A stretch of DNA of 64,000 bases, taken from positions 1-64,000 of IMG/VR virus record IMGVR_UViG_3300033149_002817; one strand, given 5' to 3'. Position numbers and translations under genes: made by a program. Under the pieces are notes generated by a model. The model saw nothing but the letters and a program-made list of their open reading frames with translations. It was not told the origin of the DNA and made no database searches. Positions 17,012-26,177 of the stretch are shown one piece after another. The stretch's first letter is position 1. The number at the start of each line of letters is the position of its first letter. Source of the DNA: a virus.

Positions 17012-17422
17012 GTGGCCGCCGGAAACATGACGCTTGTCGATACCGGGAAGCCTATTCTCAACAACCTCGTCTTCAAGGGGTTGTCTGAAGCCTTCACGAT
17101 GCACTTGTTCACCGTGGTCGCGGGCGGTACCGTCACGGAGGCGACGGCGCTCGGCGATCTCACCGAGGCAGACTTCCCTGGCTATGTCGCTCAGGCGATG
17201 GTCTCCGGCGACTGGACCGTTGCGGCTGCTTCGGTGTCGTCAGCTACGATGACGTTCACACACTCCGGCGGCGCTCCTCCCAACACTATCATCGGGTTCT
17301 ACCTCGTCGCGACCAGCGGCGGGGAGCTTGTGTGGATCGGTGAGCTTTCGTCGTCGGTGACACTGACGAACATCGGGGACAAGCTGGAGGTGCTCGCGAA
17401 TCCGACGGTGGACAACATTTGA
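17012..17422 (+). CDS. Putative small virion structural protein
   Basis: GAGGAGG RBS. Beta-rich, DLTEADFPGY...TIIGFYLV..GELVW pattern of phage fibre-associated proteins. Confidence 0.6.
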   Translation: MAAGNMTLVDTGKPILNNLVFKGLSEAFTMHLFTVVAGGTVTEATALGDLTEADFPGYVAQAMVSGDWTVAAASVSSATMTFTHSGGAPPNTIIGFYLVATSGGELVWIGELSSSVTLTNIGDKLEVLANPTVDNI

Positions 17423-17551
17423 GCGAGACGGGCGTGAGACGTGGGCTGTCATCCGATTCAGCTGGTGGCTCGGCGTTGCTAATCTGGTCCTCTGGTTCCT
17501 GATGTTGTTGCTGCTGTTCGATGCCATCCGTGCTTGTGCAGGAGACCCACT

Positions 17552-18883
17552 GTGACGATCTACTACGTCAACAAGTCAGGTGATGATGCAAACGGCGGGA
17601 CGAACGCGACGACAGACGCGAAGCTGACGATCAAGTCGGGGGTGCCTCTTTGCAGCGATGGAGATACGCTGAAGGTCGGCAGCGGCGTGTACGAAGAGGA
17701 TACTATCCCCTGGACGGGCTATAGTGGTGTCACTGTTGAGGGAGATCGGAACGTCATCATAGACGGTGGTGGGGCCAACATTTTCTCGCAGTCCGCCATC
17801 GAGATGGCCGACTACTTCACTATCAAGAATGTACGCTTCCGCGACTGTAGTTATGCGGTCTATTACAGCGGTGAATTCACTACCCGCATCAGTTTTGAGC
17901 GATGTTGGTTCGAGGCTTGCCGCTACGCGACCGGTGGGTCTCAGTCGAACAACAACCAGCGTCGGTATGTCAAGGCACACGAGTGTGTACTCATCGGTTT
18001 GGTTCATCTTTGCACCTACGGCAGCACAGGTTCTCCTATCTTCTACATGACCAACAACCTCTTCTATGACTTCTCCGGCGAGGTATATTATTCTGTTACC
18101 GGCGATAGCTATATTGGACTGGCACTGCACAAGGGTAACATCTACCACACGATAGGCGGCGCTCAGGGTCTGTGGGATCAGGCGGACGCGAATGCCAATG
18201 GTATGGGTTCAGCCCTCAGCATCGGGGATAATTACTACTACAACTTTGCGGGCAACTTCTTCAAGTGGAAGAATATCGTCTACGCTACGCTCGCTGACTT
18301 CAAGGCTGCGTTCCCTGGCTACGAGGCGGGTAGCTACGAGGGCGTGGACCCGCTCCTGGCAGACATACCGAATGGCATCTACTACCCGCGTGCGGACTCT
18401 CCTGTCGTCGGGCCTGGCACCTATGTCGAGAAGGTCGGCCCGTGGGCTCGCGTTCTCAATTTCAGCGATGGCCAGCAGTTCTTCGGTACGTGGGATATCG
18501 TCTCTTCTCCAGCCGCCGACGCAGGAACAGCATGGGCTCGCACAGCTGGGAGTGTGTCCAAGGTTGGGACGACATTCTTAGGAAACGGGACGATCGTCTC
18601 GCCTGTTATACCGTTGGCTGGCGGCAGCGTAGTACGCCTGACGCGTGTCATGCTGCGATCGAAGGAGTCCTACCCGCTCGACGTCATCGACTACGACAAC
18701 TCCGACAGCGCGCCTAACCGGAAGAACTACAGGTACCGTATCTCAGACACACCGTTCAACCAGGACGGTACTGGAGGTGGTCCTACGTGGTCATCGTACG
18801 AGATCGAGGAAGAGCTGGTAGGGCAGACAGGCGCATACGTCCAGCTTGAGTTGACGTTCCGCATTGACGGCGTTGCAGCATAG
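17552..18883 (+). CDS. Putative right-handed beta-helix (pectin lyase-like) virion protein / depolymerase-like
   Basis: N-terminal YYVNKSGDDANGGT...KLTI...GDTLKVGSGVYEE...IIDGGG motif. Asn/Tyr-rich ladders; lower GC than flanks. Confidence 0.65.
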   Translation: MTIYYVNKSGDDANGGTNATTDAKLTIKSGVPLCSDGDTLKVGSGVYEEDTIPWTGYSGVTVEGDRNVIIDGGGANIFSQSAIEMADYFTIKNVRFRDCSYAVYYSGEFTTRISFERCWFEACRYATGGSQSNNNQRRYVKAHECVLIGLVHLCTYGSTGSPIFYMTNNLFYDFSGEVYYSVTGDSYIGLALHKGNIYHTIGGAQGLWDQADANANGMGSALSIGDNYYYNFAGNFFKWKNIVYATLADFKAAFPGYEAGSYEGVDPLLADIPNGIYYPRADSPVVGPGTYVEKVGPWARVLNFSDGQQFFGTWDIVSSPAADAGTAWARTAGSVSKVGTTFLGNGTIVSPVIPLAGGSVVRLTRVMLRSKESYPLDVIDYDNSDSAPNRKNYRYRISDTPFNQDGTGGGPTWSSYEIEEELVGQTGAYVQLELTFRIDGVAA

Positions 18884-18892
18884 GTTGCCATC

Positions 18893-20134
18893 ATGCCGAT
18901 GCTAACTGATCCTACGCCCGTAAGTTCGTCATACGCTGTCAAGGGGACTGACGGTCCGACGCTGGCGTTGATGCACAGCACGCCGGTCAGCACCACTCCC
19001 ACCTACTTCTACAGTCCCGCCTATTCAAACCGGCTGCTTGTTCTCGTTGTGCATTCTGTACAGCCGGAGACGGAGGAATGCGCCTTCAGTGTTAAATGCG
19101 ACGGTGACTGGATGTCTTTCGCATGCCAGGCTCGCTACGTTATATGGGGTTACGTAGTAGTCACGCAGATTCACTATAAGGCGAACCCTAAGGAGGGCGG
19201 AAACGCAATCCTGATTAGCTCTGCTCCTGATATGAGGGCTCAACGCACCATCGCGATGGCTGCCTCCTTTGAGGGGGTTTCGGCACTAAACGACACGAGA
19301 TTCGGCCACGTCTACAATACTACCGGCATAAATCCAAGAGCTGACGTCACCTTCAGGGGTAACTGCCTGAACGTGCAAGCTGCTACGCGGTTCAATGCAG
19401 CCGGTTACTGGCGAGAGATACACGACCAGCTGGAGATCATGGAGGTGGCCTCTACCGCTACCCGTGGTGTCCTGGGATCGAAAATCTACGGTGCGGGAAT
19501 CAATCAGGATGCTGGTTGGTATGCTAATACAAAAACGCACCTGACAGCGGCCACCGCGACGTTCGAGCCAGCAGATTTTGACGACGGCCTGTACGGAGTC
19601 GTCATCGAGACATCGGCTTTTTCCGTTCTTGGTGGTGTATCGGTTGAGACATCGGCTCCGCCCGTCGTCGGCGGAATTGCGATCGAGACGTCTCTTCCTC
19701 CCGCGCTCGTCACTGGGCGTTGGGGCTACTCAGGCACGGTCACTGGGTCGCTTGTGGTCCCGACGACTTCGACGCGTTCGGTGTCCGGGCGGTGGGGCTA
19801 TTACGGACGCGCGTCCGGCCTGCTCGCTCCGTACGTCGTCACGACCTACGACTACTATGTCGGGTGCTCATACTGCCGCACCGGCATCTTGCTGGAGACG
19901 GACATTGCAGCGCTCCGTGCGCAGGGCTTCCGTGTCGAGCTGATCGACACGGCCGCGGGACACACGTGGGTGACGATTTCCGGTCCGCTGTCCGCGACCA
20001 TCGCCGCGCGCGAGTCGATTGTGTGGCATTCTCGCCCGACGTGGTTCTTCGGCCCAGTGCCCAACGGCACGGTGTTGACGGAATCGTTCCTGCGTCAGTG
20101 GGCGCCTCGTGGTCGGGTGATGGGCATATGGTGA
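18893..20134 (+). CDS. Hypothetical (likely structural/fibre-associated) protein
   Basis: Long ORF; short internal repeats (GV.IETS, GRWGY); AT-richer 5' half. Confidence 0.55.
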   Translation: MPMLTDPTPVSSSYAVKGTDGPTLALMHSTPVSTTPTYFYSPAYSNRLLVLVVHSVQPETEECAFSVKCDGDWMSFACQARYVIWGYVVVTQIHYKANPKEGGNAILISSAPDMRAQRTIAMAASFEGVSALNDTRFGHVYNTTGINPRADVTFRGNCLNVQAATRFNAAGYWREIHDQLEIMEVASTATRGVLGSKIYGAGINQDAGWYANTKTHLTAATATFEPADFDDGLYGVVIETSAFSVLGGVSVETSAPPVVGGIAIETSLPPALVTGRWGYSGTVTGSLVVPTTSTRSVSGRWGYYGRASGLLAPYVVTTYDYYVGCSYCRTGILLETDIAALRAQGFRVELIDTAAGHTWVTISGPLSATIAARESIVWHSRPTWFFGPVPNGTVLTESFLRQWAPRGRVMGIW

Positions 20135-20136
20135 GC

Positions 20137-20166
20137 TTGAGGTAGTATAGCCTGACCGACTATACT
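20137..20166 (+). promoter_or_regulatory. Candidate promoter overlapping an inverted repeat
   Basis: TTGAGG-N18-TATACT; AGTATAG-N9-CTATACT inverted repeat at 20144-20166. Confidence 0.45.
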
Positions 20167-20250
20167 GGTGCGTTGAGCATCAGCACAAGCCGTTGCAGCA
20201 ATAGACCTTCGCAAAATGTCCGTTGCTGTAAGGTCGAAAACGGGGGCGTC

Positions 20251-20427
20251 ATGGAAGTTCTGGAGAACGGGGACTACCGACTTGCCGACGGGCGGGTCAT
20301 CAACAGGGCAGACGTCGCCGGCCTTCACCGGACGGTTCCGGTGGACGAGAGCATGAAGAAGCAGACAGCGGACCGGCCGCCGCTGAAGGAAGGGCACAGC
20401 AGCGGTCCCATGACCCTGCTCGGTTAG
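20251..20427 (+). CDS. Small hypothetical protein
   Basis: GGGGG RBS-like sequence before ATG20251; typical codon bias. Confidence 0.55.
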   Translation: MEVLENGDYRLADGRVINRADVAGLHRTVPVDESMKKQTADRPPLKEGHSSGPMTLLG

Positions 20428-20436
20428 GAGATACCG

Positions 20437-21699
20437 ATGGAAGACCTTCGCGAGGCGGTTGTGGGTGCGCTGGCGCACAAGACGGAGTGCTACGAGAGCG
20501 TGCAGGTGGAGCGGTCGCTTCTCGACGAGTCCGACATCGAAGCGCTTGCTGCGGTGAAGCGTTCGCCGATGTTCGAGGGGTACAAGGGGGACATGGACTA
20601 CCACGTGCTGCGCGGTCTGCTCAGCAGCACGAACCACGATCCCATCTCGGTGAACGAGGTGCGTGCGCGTCGCTACGCTCGTCTCATCCTGGAAGGGCGG
20701 ATCACCGAGGACTTCGAGATCGACACCGACATCCTCGCGGAAGACGGCGACCCGTGCCTCCACGACGGGATGAAGGCGATGGGCAGCTTCCCCAACGTCG
20801 ATCCCTCCATGCCGAAGGGTGACGCGGACAGCGGCGTGAGCCAGAACCAGAACGGTCACGGCGACACCGCGGAGAAGCCCGGCAAGGGGTACATGGAGGA
20901 GCACCTCGACCGCGTATTCGCCATCGAGGCGTTGCTGCTCGGTGAAGAGGTCGGCACGACCCCGAAGGAGAAGTTCGGCAACTCGATGCCTTCCGGCGTC
21001 GACACTTCGGCCGACACCTCCGACGTGACCGAGGACGACAAGAAGCTCCCGAACGAGACGCACGTCGCCGCGGGTTCTCCCGACTACGACAAGATCGAGA
21101 AGAACGATGGCGGCGACCTCGACGTCGGCCCCGGTCCGATCTTCGATGAGTCGAGGCTCGCCGAGAAGGACTGGAAGCCGAAGGCGGAAGACCCGGGCGA
21201 GGGCAGTCAGGGACAGGAAGGCCGCATCCCGAAGGACAACCCCGCGCTCGACAACGTCCGTGAGGCGGAGTGGAAGCCGCAGGCGCAGGATCCGGGTGAG
21301 GAGTCTCCCGCGATGTCGCTGCCGACCGAGGATGGGTTCATCGGCGATGACGGTGTCAAGCAGCACGAAGCTCTGCAGCCCTACGAGCGGGACGCCATTC
21401 GCTACCTGGAGGCATGCGGCTACACCCCGGGCACAACTGAGTGGCGCAAAGCCTTCGCCGGCTACCTGCACGAGGTCGGCAGCTTCACCGAGAAGGCCGA
21501 CCCGGGCGGCTCCGTCTTCGTGCCCAAGGGTGGCACCGGCATCAAGACGGACAAGGACGCGGCGAAGCGGTTCGGCAAGGGTGCGACCGTGTGTGGCGCA
21601 TGCAAGGGCTCCGGCAAGGGCTCCGGCGGCAAGGGCTGTCAGCAGTGCTGGGGTGCTGGTGCGCTCGATGCACGCGGTGACAGCCCCTACTCGGATTAG
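20437..21699 (+). CDS. Acidic putative prohead core/internal protein with C-terminal CxxCxGxG zinc finger
   Basis: AGGAG RBS; D/E-rich; many LxE sites; repeat (K/A)(D/E)WKP.A.DPGE.S; CGACKGSG...CQQCWGAG (DnaJ-type Zn finger motif). Confidence 0.65.
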   Translation: MEDLREAVVGALAHKTECYESVQVERSLLDESDIEALAAVKRSPMFEGYKGDMDYHVLRGLLSSTNHDPISVNEVRARRYARLILEGRITEDFEIDTDILAEDGDPCLHDGMKAMGSFPNVDPSMPKGDADSGVSQNQNGHGDTAEKPGKGYMEEHLDRVFAIEALLLGEEVGTTPKEKFGNSMPSGVDTSADTSDVTEDDKKLPNETHVAAGSPDYDKIEKNDGGDLDVGPGPIFDESRLAEKDWKPKAEDPGEGSQGQEGRIPKDNPALDNVREAEWKPQAQDPGEESPAMSLPTEDGFIGDDGVKQHEALQPYERDAIRYLEACGYTPGTTEWRKAFAGYLHEVGSFTEKADPGGSVFVPKGGTGIKTDKDAAKRFGKGATVCGACKGSGKGSGGKGCQQCWGAGALDARGDSPYSD

Positions 21700-21707
21700 G
21701 GGTACTC

Positions 21708-22112
21708 ATGTTCATCGACGTACTTCAGCTGGCGGAACGTCGCGAGGTTTCGGACAAAGAGAAGCGCCAAGGCGCAGCTCTCGCGAAGCGTGCGGCCTAC
21801 GCCGGCTTTGGTGGTGGTGACGAAGAGAGTGACGCCCCCGGTCTGCGTCGTCAGGCGTCGAAGCAGTTTGGCCGCGAGCGCTACGAGTCCGAAGAGTCGC
21901 TCGACGAGAAGGGTCTTCCCAAGGGCAAGTGGTGGGCATCGCAGGGGAAGACCCCCTGGGGCGCGAAGCCTTCGTCCGGTTCATCGAAGGGCGACGCTGC
22001 GAAGACAGCCGCTCAGACCAAAGCGGTGAACAAGGCGATGCGCAAGGGCTTCAAGGAGGCACGCTTCGTCGCTGTCGAGACGCTTGAGGCTCGCGCGAGT
22101 CACAAGAGCTGA
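21708..22112 (+). CDS. Small basic putative internal head protein
   Basis: Leader MFIDVLQLAE followed by K/R-rich segments separated by SLDE/GFKE. Confidence 0.6.
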   Translation: MFIDVLQLAERREVSDKEKRQGAALAKRAAYAGFGGGDEESDAPGLRRQASKQFGRERYESEESLDEKGLPKGKWWASQGKTPWGAKPSSGSSKGDAAKTAAQTKAVNKAMRKGFKEARFVAVETLEARASHKS

Positions 22113-22145
22113 GAAAAGCAGAAACTCTGTGAGGGAGTGAGATAG

Positions 22146-22913
22146 ATGGCAACGACAGCGGTTCTCGCGCGGCAGCGCCTCAACCTTGGGCAGTACGTAA
22201 CTTCGGCGGAGGTCGACGTCTCGCTCTCGCGTCAGGAGACGTACCATCTCGTCGTCACGAAGCAGAACGCGAACGACGGCCTCGGCGACCCGCAGGTGCA
22301 GATGCTCGTCTTCAACAGGTCCAACGCGGAAGACGACATCCGCATGGACGGCACCGTGCTGAACGGTGTGGGCACGCACGCGGTGCGCTTTGGCAAGCTG
22401 CCGAATGCGATCTCGCTTCAGGTTGCGGCTGTCTACGGCAACGTGTGGATCACGGTCAACCGCGTCAGTGGTGGCGAGTCGGTCGACCTTGTCGGTGGGG
22501 TTCAGACCGTTGACCTCGCGGACGACGCGGTGACGACCGCGAAGATCCTCGACGCGAACGTGACGGCGGCGAAGCTGGCTGCCACGGTCAACCAGCTGTC
22601 CAACGTCATCGCTGACCCCGGCACCGGCGTCGCCATCCCGGTGACGGCCTCCGGCAGCATCATGATCGAGACGGCGGCGGCTGAGACGAACACGATGGCC
22701 ATCCCGACCTTCCAGGGTCAGATGATCATGCTGTACTGCGACACCTACGCAGTCGGTGATCGTGTCGTCACGGTGGCCTCGGCAATCAACGTCGCTGGCA
22801 ACACGCAGATCACCATTCCGGCTGCGAGGGCGCACATCACGCTCCTCGGTGTCACCGTGGGCGGCACGCTCGCGTGGGAAGTCTACGTGAACGTCGCCTG
22901 CACCTTGGCGTAG
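22146..22913 (+). CDS. Putative head decoration/fibre protein
   Basis: DLADDAVTTAKILDANVTAAKLA repeat typical of phage fibre/decoration proteins; T/V/A-rich; strong codon bias. Confidence 0.6.
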   Translation: MATTAVLARQRLNLGQYVTSAEVDVSLSRQETYHLVVTKQNANDGLGDPQVQMLVFNRSNAEDDIRMDGTVLNGVGTHAVRFGKLPNAISLQVAAVYGNVWITVNRVSGGESVDLVGGVQTVDLADDAVTTAKILDANVTAAKLAATVNQLSNVIADPGTGVAIPVTASGSIMIETAAAETNTMAIPTFQGQMIMLYCDTYAVGDRVVTVASAINVAGNTQITIPAARAHITLLGVTVGGTLAWEVYVNVACTLA

Positions 22914-22925
22914 TCGAGGGATCGT

Positions 22926-24188
22926 ATGCCCGACATCATCGCCTTCCGGGCCGGCCGCACGCTCCTGCGGGGGACACTCCGCGAGACGCGGGGAAGCGTG
23001 CATCGCGTCGAGATGCCGGAGGGCGATGTCGTCGAGGTCGATGACCGTTTCCGCCTTCGGGCTCCGGCAATGCTGCACGAGGTGACGCAGCGTAGCCTCT
23101 TCACCGCTCTGACGGACAGCATCATTCCCGCACTTCTCGCGGGTCAGAAGCTGCGCACGGAGTCGGTTTGGCTCCGTGGTCTCGACCGTACGAACAACGG
23201 ACCGCGTCTCCGTCTTCGTGAGGGGAACCGCGACCTCTCCGCATCGCTCTTCTCCGTGCTGTCGGAGCACGCGCAGCTTGGGGAGCACATGGCGCTCGAC
23301 GCGCATCGTCCGATGCTCACGCGTCTCGGTTTCATCGAGGGTGAAGGCTCGCCTCTCATCGACGGCGACGGCGTGCTCACACGGCCCGTCAACGTCTATC
23401 TCAAGCGTGACCTGTTCCGCGACGTCGGCCGCATCCACGAAGGTACCTCGGTCAGCGTGATGGGCTACTTTCGCGGGTGCGCGGTTGTTGAAGCGGACGG
23501 CGAGGAGTGCTGGCTTCCCGTCGAGCACAACTACTTCATCGAGTCGCTCGTGAAGGATCCCGACTACTATTTCAACCTCGACGCGGATGGGAACCTTGTG
23601 CCCGACCCGCTCGACTTCTTACCCAGCAAATCAGGGCTGGCGATGAAACCTGGCGACACATCGGCGGACGACAACTGGAACGCGCAGCCTGAGCTGACAC
23701 ACGTCTCGGGACACTTCGCGCCGTTGCCACAGCTCGGCGACCCGATGCATGATTTCCTGCACGGGAAGAAGGGCAGCATCGGGGAGAGCTACGCACCGCT
23801 CTTCTACCACCACGACTACCAGCACGCGTACCCCGAGCTTCATGGGCTTGGCGGCAGGGCAGTTCATCATCGCGATTTCAGCTCGCAGGAGCACGATGAC
23901 GCGGACGTGGAACAGCTCGTGAAGGGCGCGCCGTTGGGAGTGCGACCGGGGCGGCCGGCGGTGGAGTGCATGAAGCACGATTTCAGCCCGCAGGAGCAGG
24001 GCGCGATGGACCTCGCCTCGCTTTCGTCGGGCGCACCACTCGGGAGCGTCTTCGACCGCGCACCATCGATGGACAACTTCGCGGAGGTTTTCCGCGAAAT
24101 GTACGAGCGCATCGTCGGCATGCCGCCTACGGAGGCGGTCGTTCGCGCGTGCTACGCGGATGCATCACGGAGGCACGACTGTGGGTGA
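22926..24188 (+). CDS. Hypothetical protein with short internal repeat
   Basis: DFS.QE....D...L..GAPLG occurs twice (~23864-24045). Confidence 0.6.
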   Translation: MPDIIAFRAGRTLLRGTLRETRGSVHRVEMPEGDVVEVDDRFRLRAPAMLHEVTQRSLFTALTDSIIPALLAGQKLRTESVWLRGLDRTNNGPRLRLREGNRDLSASLFSVLSEHAQLGEHMALDAHRPMLTRLGFIEGEGSPLIDGDGVLTRPVNVYLKRDLFRDVGRIHEGTSVSVMGYFRGCAVVEADGEECWLPVEHNYFIESLVKDPDYYFNLDADGNLVPDPLDFLPSKSGLAMKPGDTSADDNWNAQPELTHVSGHFAPLPQLGDPMHDFLHGKKGSIGESYAPLFYHHDYQHAYPELHGLGGRAVHHRDFSSQEHDDADVEQLVKGAPLGVRPGRPAVECMKHDFSPQEQGAMDLASLSSGAPLGSVFDRAPSMDNFAEVFREMYERIVGMPPTEAVVRACYADASRRHDCG

Positions 24189-24546
24189 GTTCATCGACGT
24201 CTTCGATCTGATCGAAGCGAAGAAGGGTGGCCTTCATAAGCTCACGGCGAAGGAGCGGAAGGCCGTCAATGCTTCGTTCAGGAAGGGCGGACTCGACGGC
24301 AATACCGTCTTTCGTTCGCCCAACGAGGGCGTCAGTGTAGCCGCGGAGGTTATGGAAAAGCACGGGTTCGAGTTCATGGCGTCCGGTGGTTTCAGGCCGA
24401 AGAACAACGGTCGGACGAATTACGACTTCGATCGCTCGAACAAGGCGGATGCGTTCTCGCCAGCGTACATTGAGAACTCGTCCATCTGGTTCAGCTGGTA
24501 TCAGCATCGCGAAGGCGCTTTCGAGTGCCTTGCATATCTGTCGTAG
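24181..24546 (+). CDS. Small putative internal head protein
   Basis: GGAGG RBS before GTG24181; leader MGEFIDVFDLIE followed by a basic domain. Confidence 0.65.
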   Translation: MGEFIDVFDLIEAKKGGLHKLTAKERKAVNASFRKGGLDGNTVFRSPNEGVSVAAEVMEKHGFEFMASGGFRPKNNGRTNYDFDRSNKADAFSPAYIENSSIWFSWYQHREGAFECLAYLS

Positions 24547-24584
24547 TGGCCTTGGCAGGCACTGCTACGACGGAGGGAGAGGAC

Positions 24585-25148
24585 ATGATCGACAGCTACG
24601 GAGGAGACTGGCAAGCGATTCAGGGTATGACCTGGGAGGAGATCCAAGCGCTTCAGACCGAGTACGGACGGCCGGTCAGCGCATTCCGCATGACGAACGG
24701 GAACAACCTCGTCATGAAGGTCGAGATCGAAGCGATGACGGACGGGACGCATGGGGAGTCGATTGCCTTGGCAGGCACGACGATGAGGAAGAGCGTAGGC
24801 AACCTGCACGCGGTGCGAGGTCTCGTATTGCGTAACTCGGCGCCGTTCGTCGTGAAGAGTGCTCGGAAGAAGCATCGGTGGAAGTGGGGCTGGGCCGGGA
24901 AGATGCACGTGCGGGAGAAGCGCGAGCACTACTGGGTACCCTACCGGATCGCGGTAACGGAGCCAGCGTTGCACGAGAACGAAGGGATCGTTTACACCTC
25001 GTACAACGTCGGCAAAATTGCCGTCGAAGGACTTCGTGATCCGCTTGTCATCGTGCGCGAGATGGATGTGGTTGCCGCGTTCGACCGCGAGTACATGGCT
25101 GACGTAGACTTGACGGACTTGGCGATGAGGGAATCAGCCGCGGCATGA
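24585..25148 (+). CDS. Hypothetical protein, C-terminus resembles GroES co-chaperonin
   Basis: IVYTSYNVGKIAVEG...LVIVREMDVVAAF resembles the GroES C-terminal V.Y.KY.G.E......YLIVRE.DILAV pattern. N-terminal half is not clearly GroES. Confidence 0.45.
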   Translation: MIDSYGGDWQAIQGMTWEEIQALQTEYGRPVSAFRMTNGNNLVMKVEIEAMTDGTHGESIALAGTTMRKSVGNLHAVRGLVLRNSAPFVVKSARKKHRWKWGWAGKMHVREKREHYWVPYRIAVTEPALHENEGIVYTSYNVGKIAVEGLRDPLVIVREMDVVAAFDREYMADVDLTDLAMRESAAA

Positions 25149-25855
25149 AGTCGGTGACGTACGAGTTTGCACCCGCTCCGACGCGCCACGACGCCATATG
25201 TGCGCGGCAGCGCTGGTTGTGCGACTACACCGGCATGCCGGAGGCGCCCATCCATCTGCTGTGGGAAGACGAGGACACGCTGCAGAAGGAGCGCACGGAG
25301 CTGGCGGACCTTAGCGACGCTGCCTTCTTGCAGGTGTCTGCGCAGCTCGGTACGTTTCTCCTCCGCCGCGAGACGGAGAGCTACGACTACTACGGTGGGT
25401 TGTGCCGCGCGCTTCGTCTCTGCAAGGGTGTGCAGAAGGGCGCGCCGGTTCTCTTCCTCGGGCCGACTGCGGGCTCAGAGGTCGAGGTCATCGCGGCAGC
25501 AGGCGGCACACCGCATCTGTGCATGCCTCACGGAAGCGCACGGCTACTGTGCGAAGAGCGCCTCTTCGACAGTCGCGTCGACTGGACGAGCGTGCGGTAC
25601 GAGACGGACGTCCGGTCTGGGGCATACTTCTATGTCGTCGTGTCGGATGCCTCGCTTGACCATTGCGGAGAGGCACGCGACGCTCGCCGCTTCGTCGCGC
25701 CGGGTGGGCTCATCTTCGGGCGCAAGGGCAGCGCGGTGAGCCGGATGCTGGAAGAGCTGAACCTGCTGCGGCGGAACGTCAACTCGCAGCACGTCGATGT
25801 CTGGGGACGTCTGCCCGAACACGCTGAGAGCGAGGAGCATCATGTTCAGGTTTGA
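25145..25855 (+). CDS. Degenerate class I SAM-methyltransferase-fold protein
   Basis: VLFLGPTAGS (motif I-like) and YFYVVVSDASLDH...RFVAPGGLIF (motif-like D..LEH...L.PGG). Confidence 0.45.
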   Translation: MKSVTYEFAPAPTRHDAICARQRWLCDYTGMPEAPIHLLWEDEDTLQKERTELADLSDAAFLQVSAQLGTFLLRRETESYDYYGGLCRALRLCKGVQKGAPVLFLGPTAGSEVEVIAAAGGTPHLCMPHGSARLLCEERLFDSRVDWTSVRYETDVRSGAYFYVVVSDASLDHCGEARDARRFVAPGGLIFGRKGSAVSRMLEELNLLRRNVNSQHVDVWGRLPEHAESEEHHVQV

Positions 25856-26177
25856 GGTAGAGCCAGAGATCGCGGCCGGCGTTTCCGAGGCGACGCTCTT
25901 CACGCTGATCGGCACCGACGCCATCGGCAAGATGGTCATCGTCGAGAACTTGGACCAGGCCAACACGCTGACCTACAAGTGGCAGTGGTCCAACGATCAG
26001 GTGACGTGGACGGACATCGCCGCTGCGACGACGCTTTCGGCGGGCGACTCCATCGGCTTCTTGCGGACGGAGGTCTATCAGTACCTCCGCCTGCGCGGTT
26101 CCGGCAACCTCAACGTCGCGGTTGCGGTGTTGAGGGTGCAGTCGTTCTCCGGGAACTTCTCACACGCGGTGCTGTAA
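25842..26177 (+). CDS. Small beta-sandwich putative structural protein
   Basis: GAGGAG RBS; YKWQWSNDQVTWTDI...YQYLRLR pattern. Confidence 0.6.
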   Translation: MFRFEVEPEIAAGVSEATLFTLIGTDAIGKMVIVENLDQANTLTYKWQWSNDQVTWTDIAAATTLSAGDSIGFLRTEVYQYLRLRGSGNLNVAVAVLRVQSFSGNFSHAVL

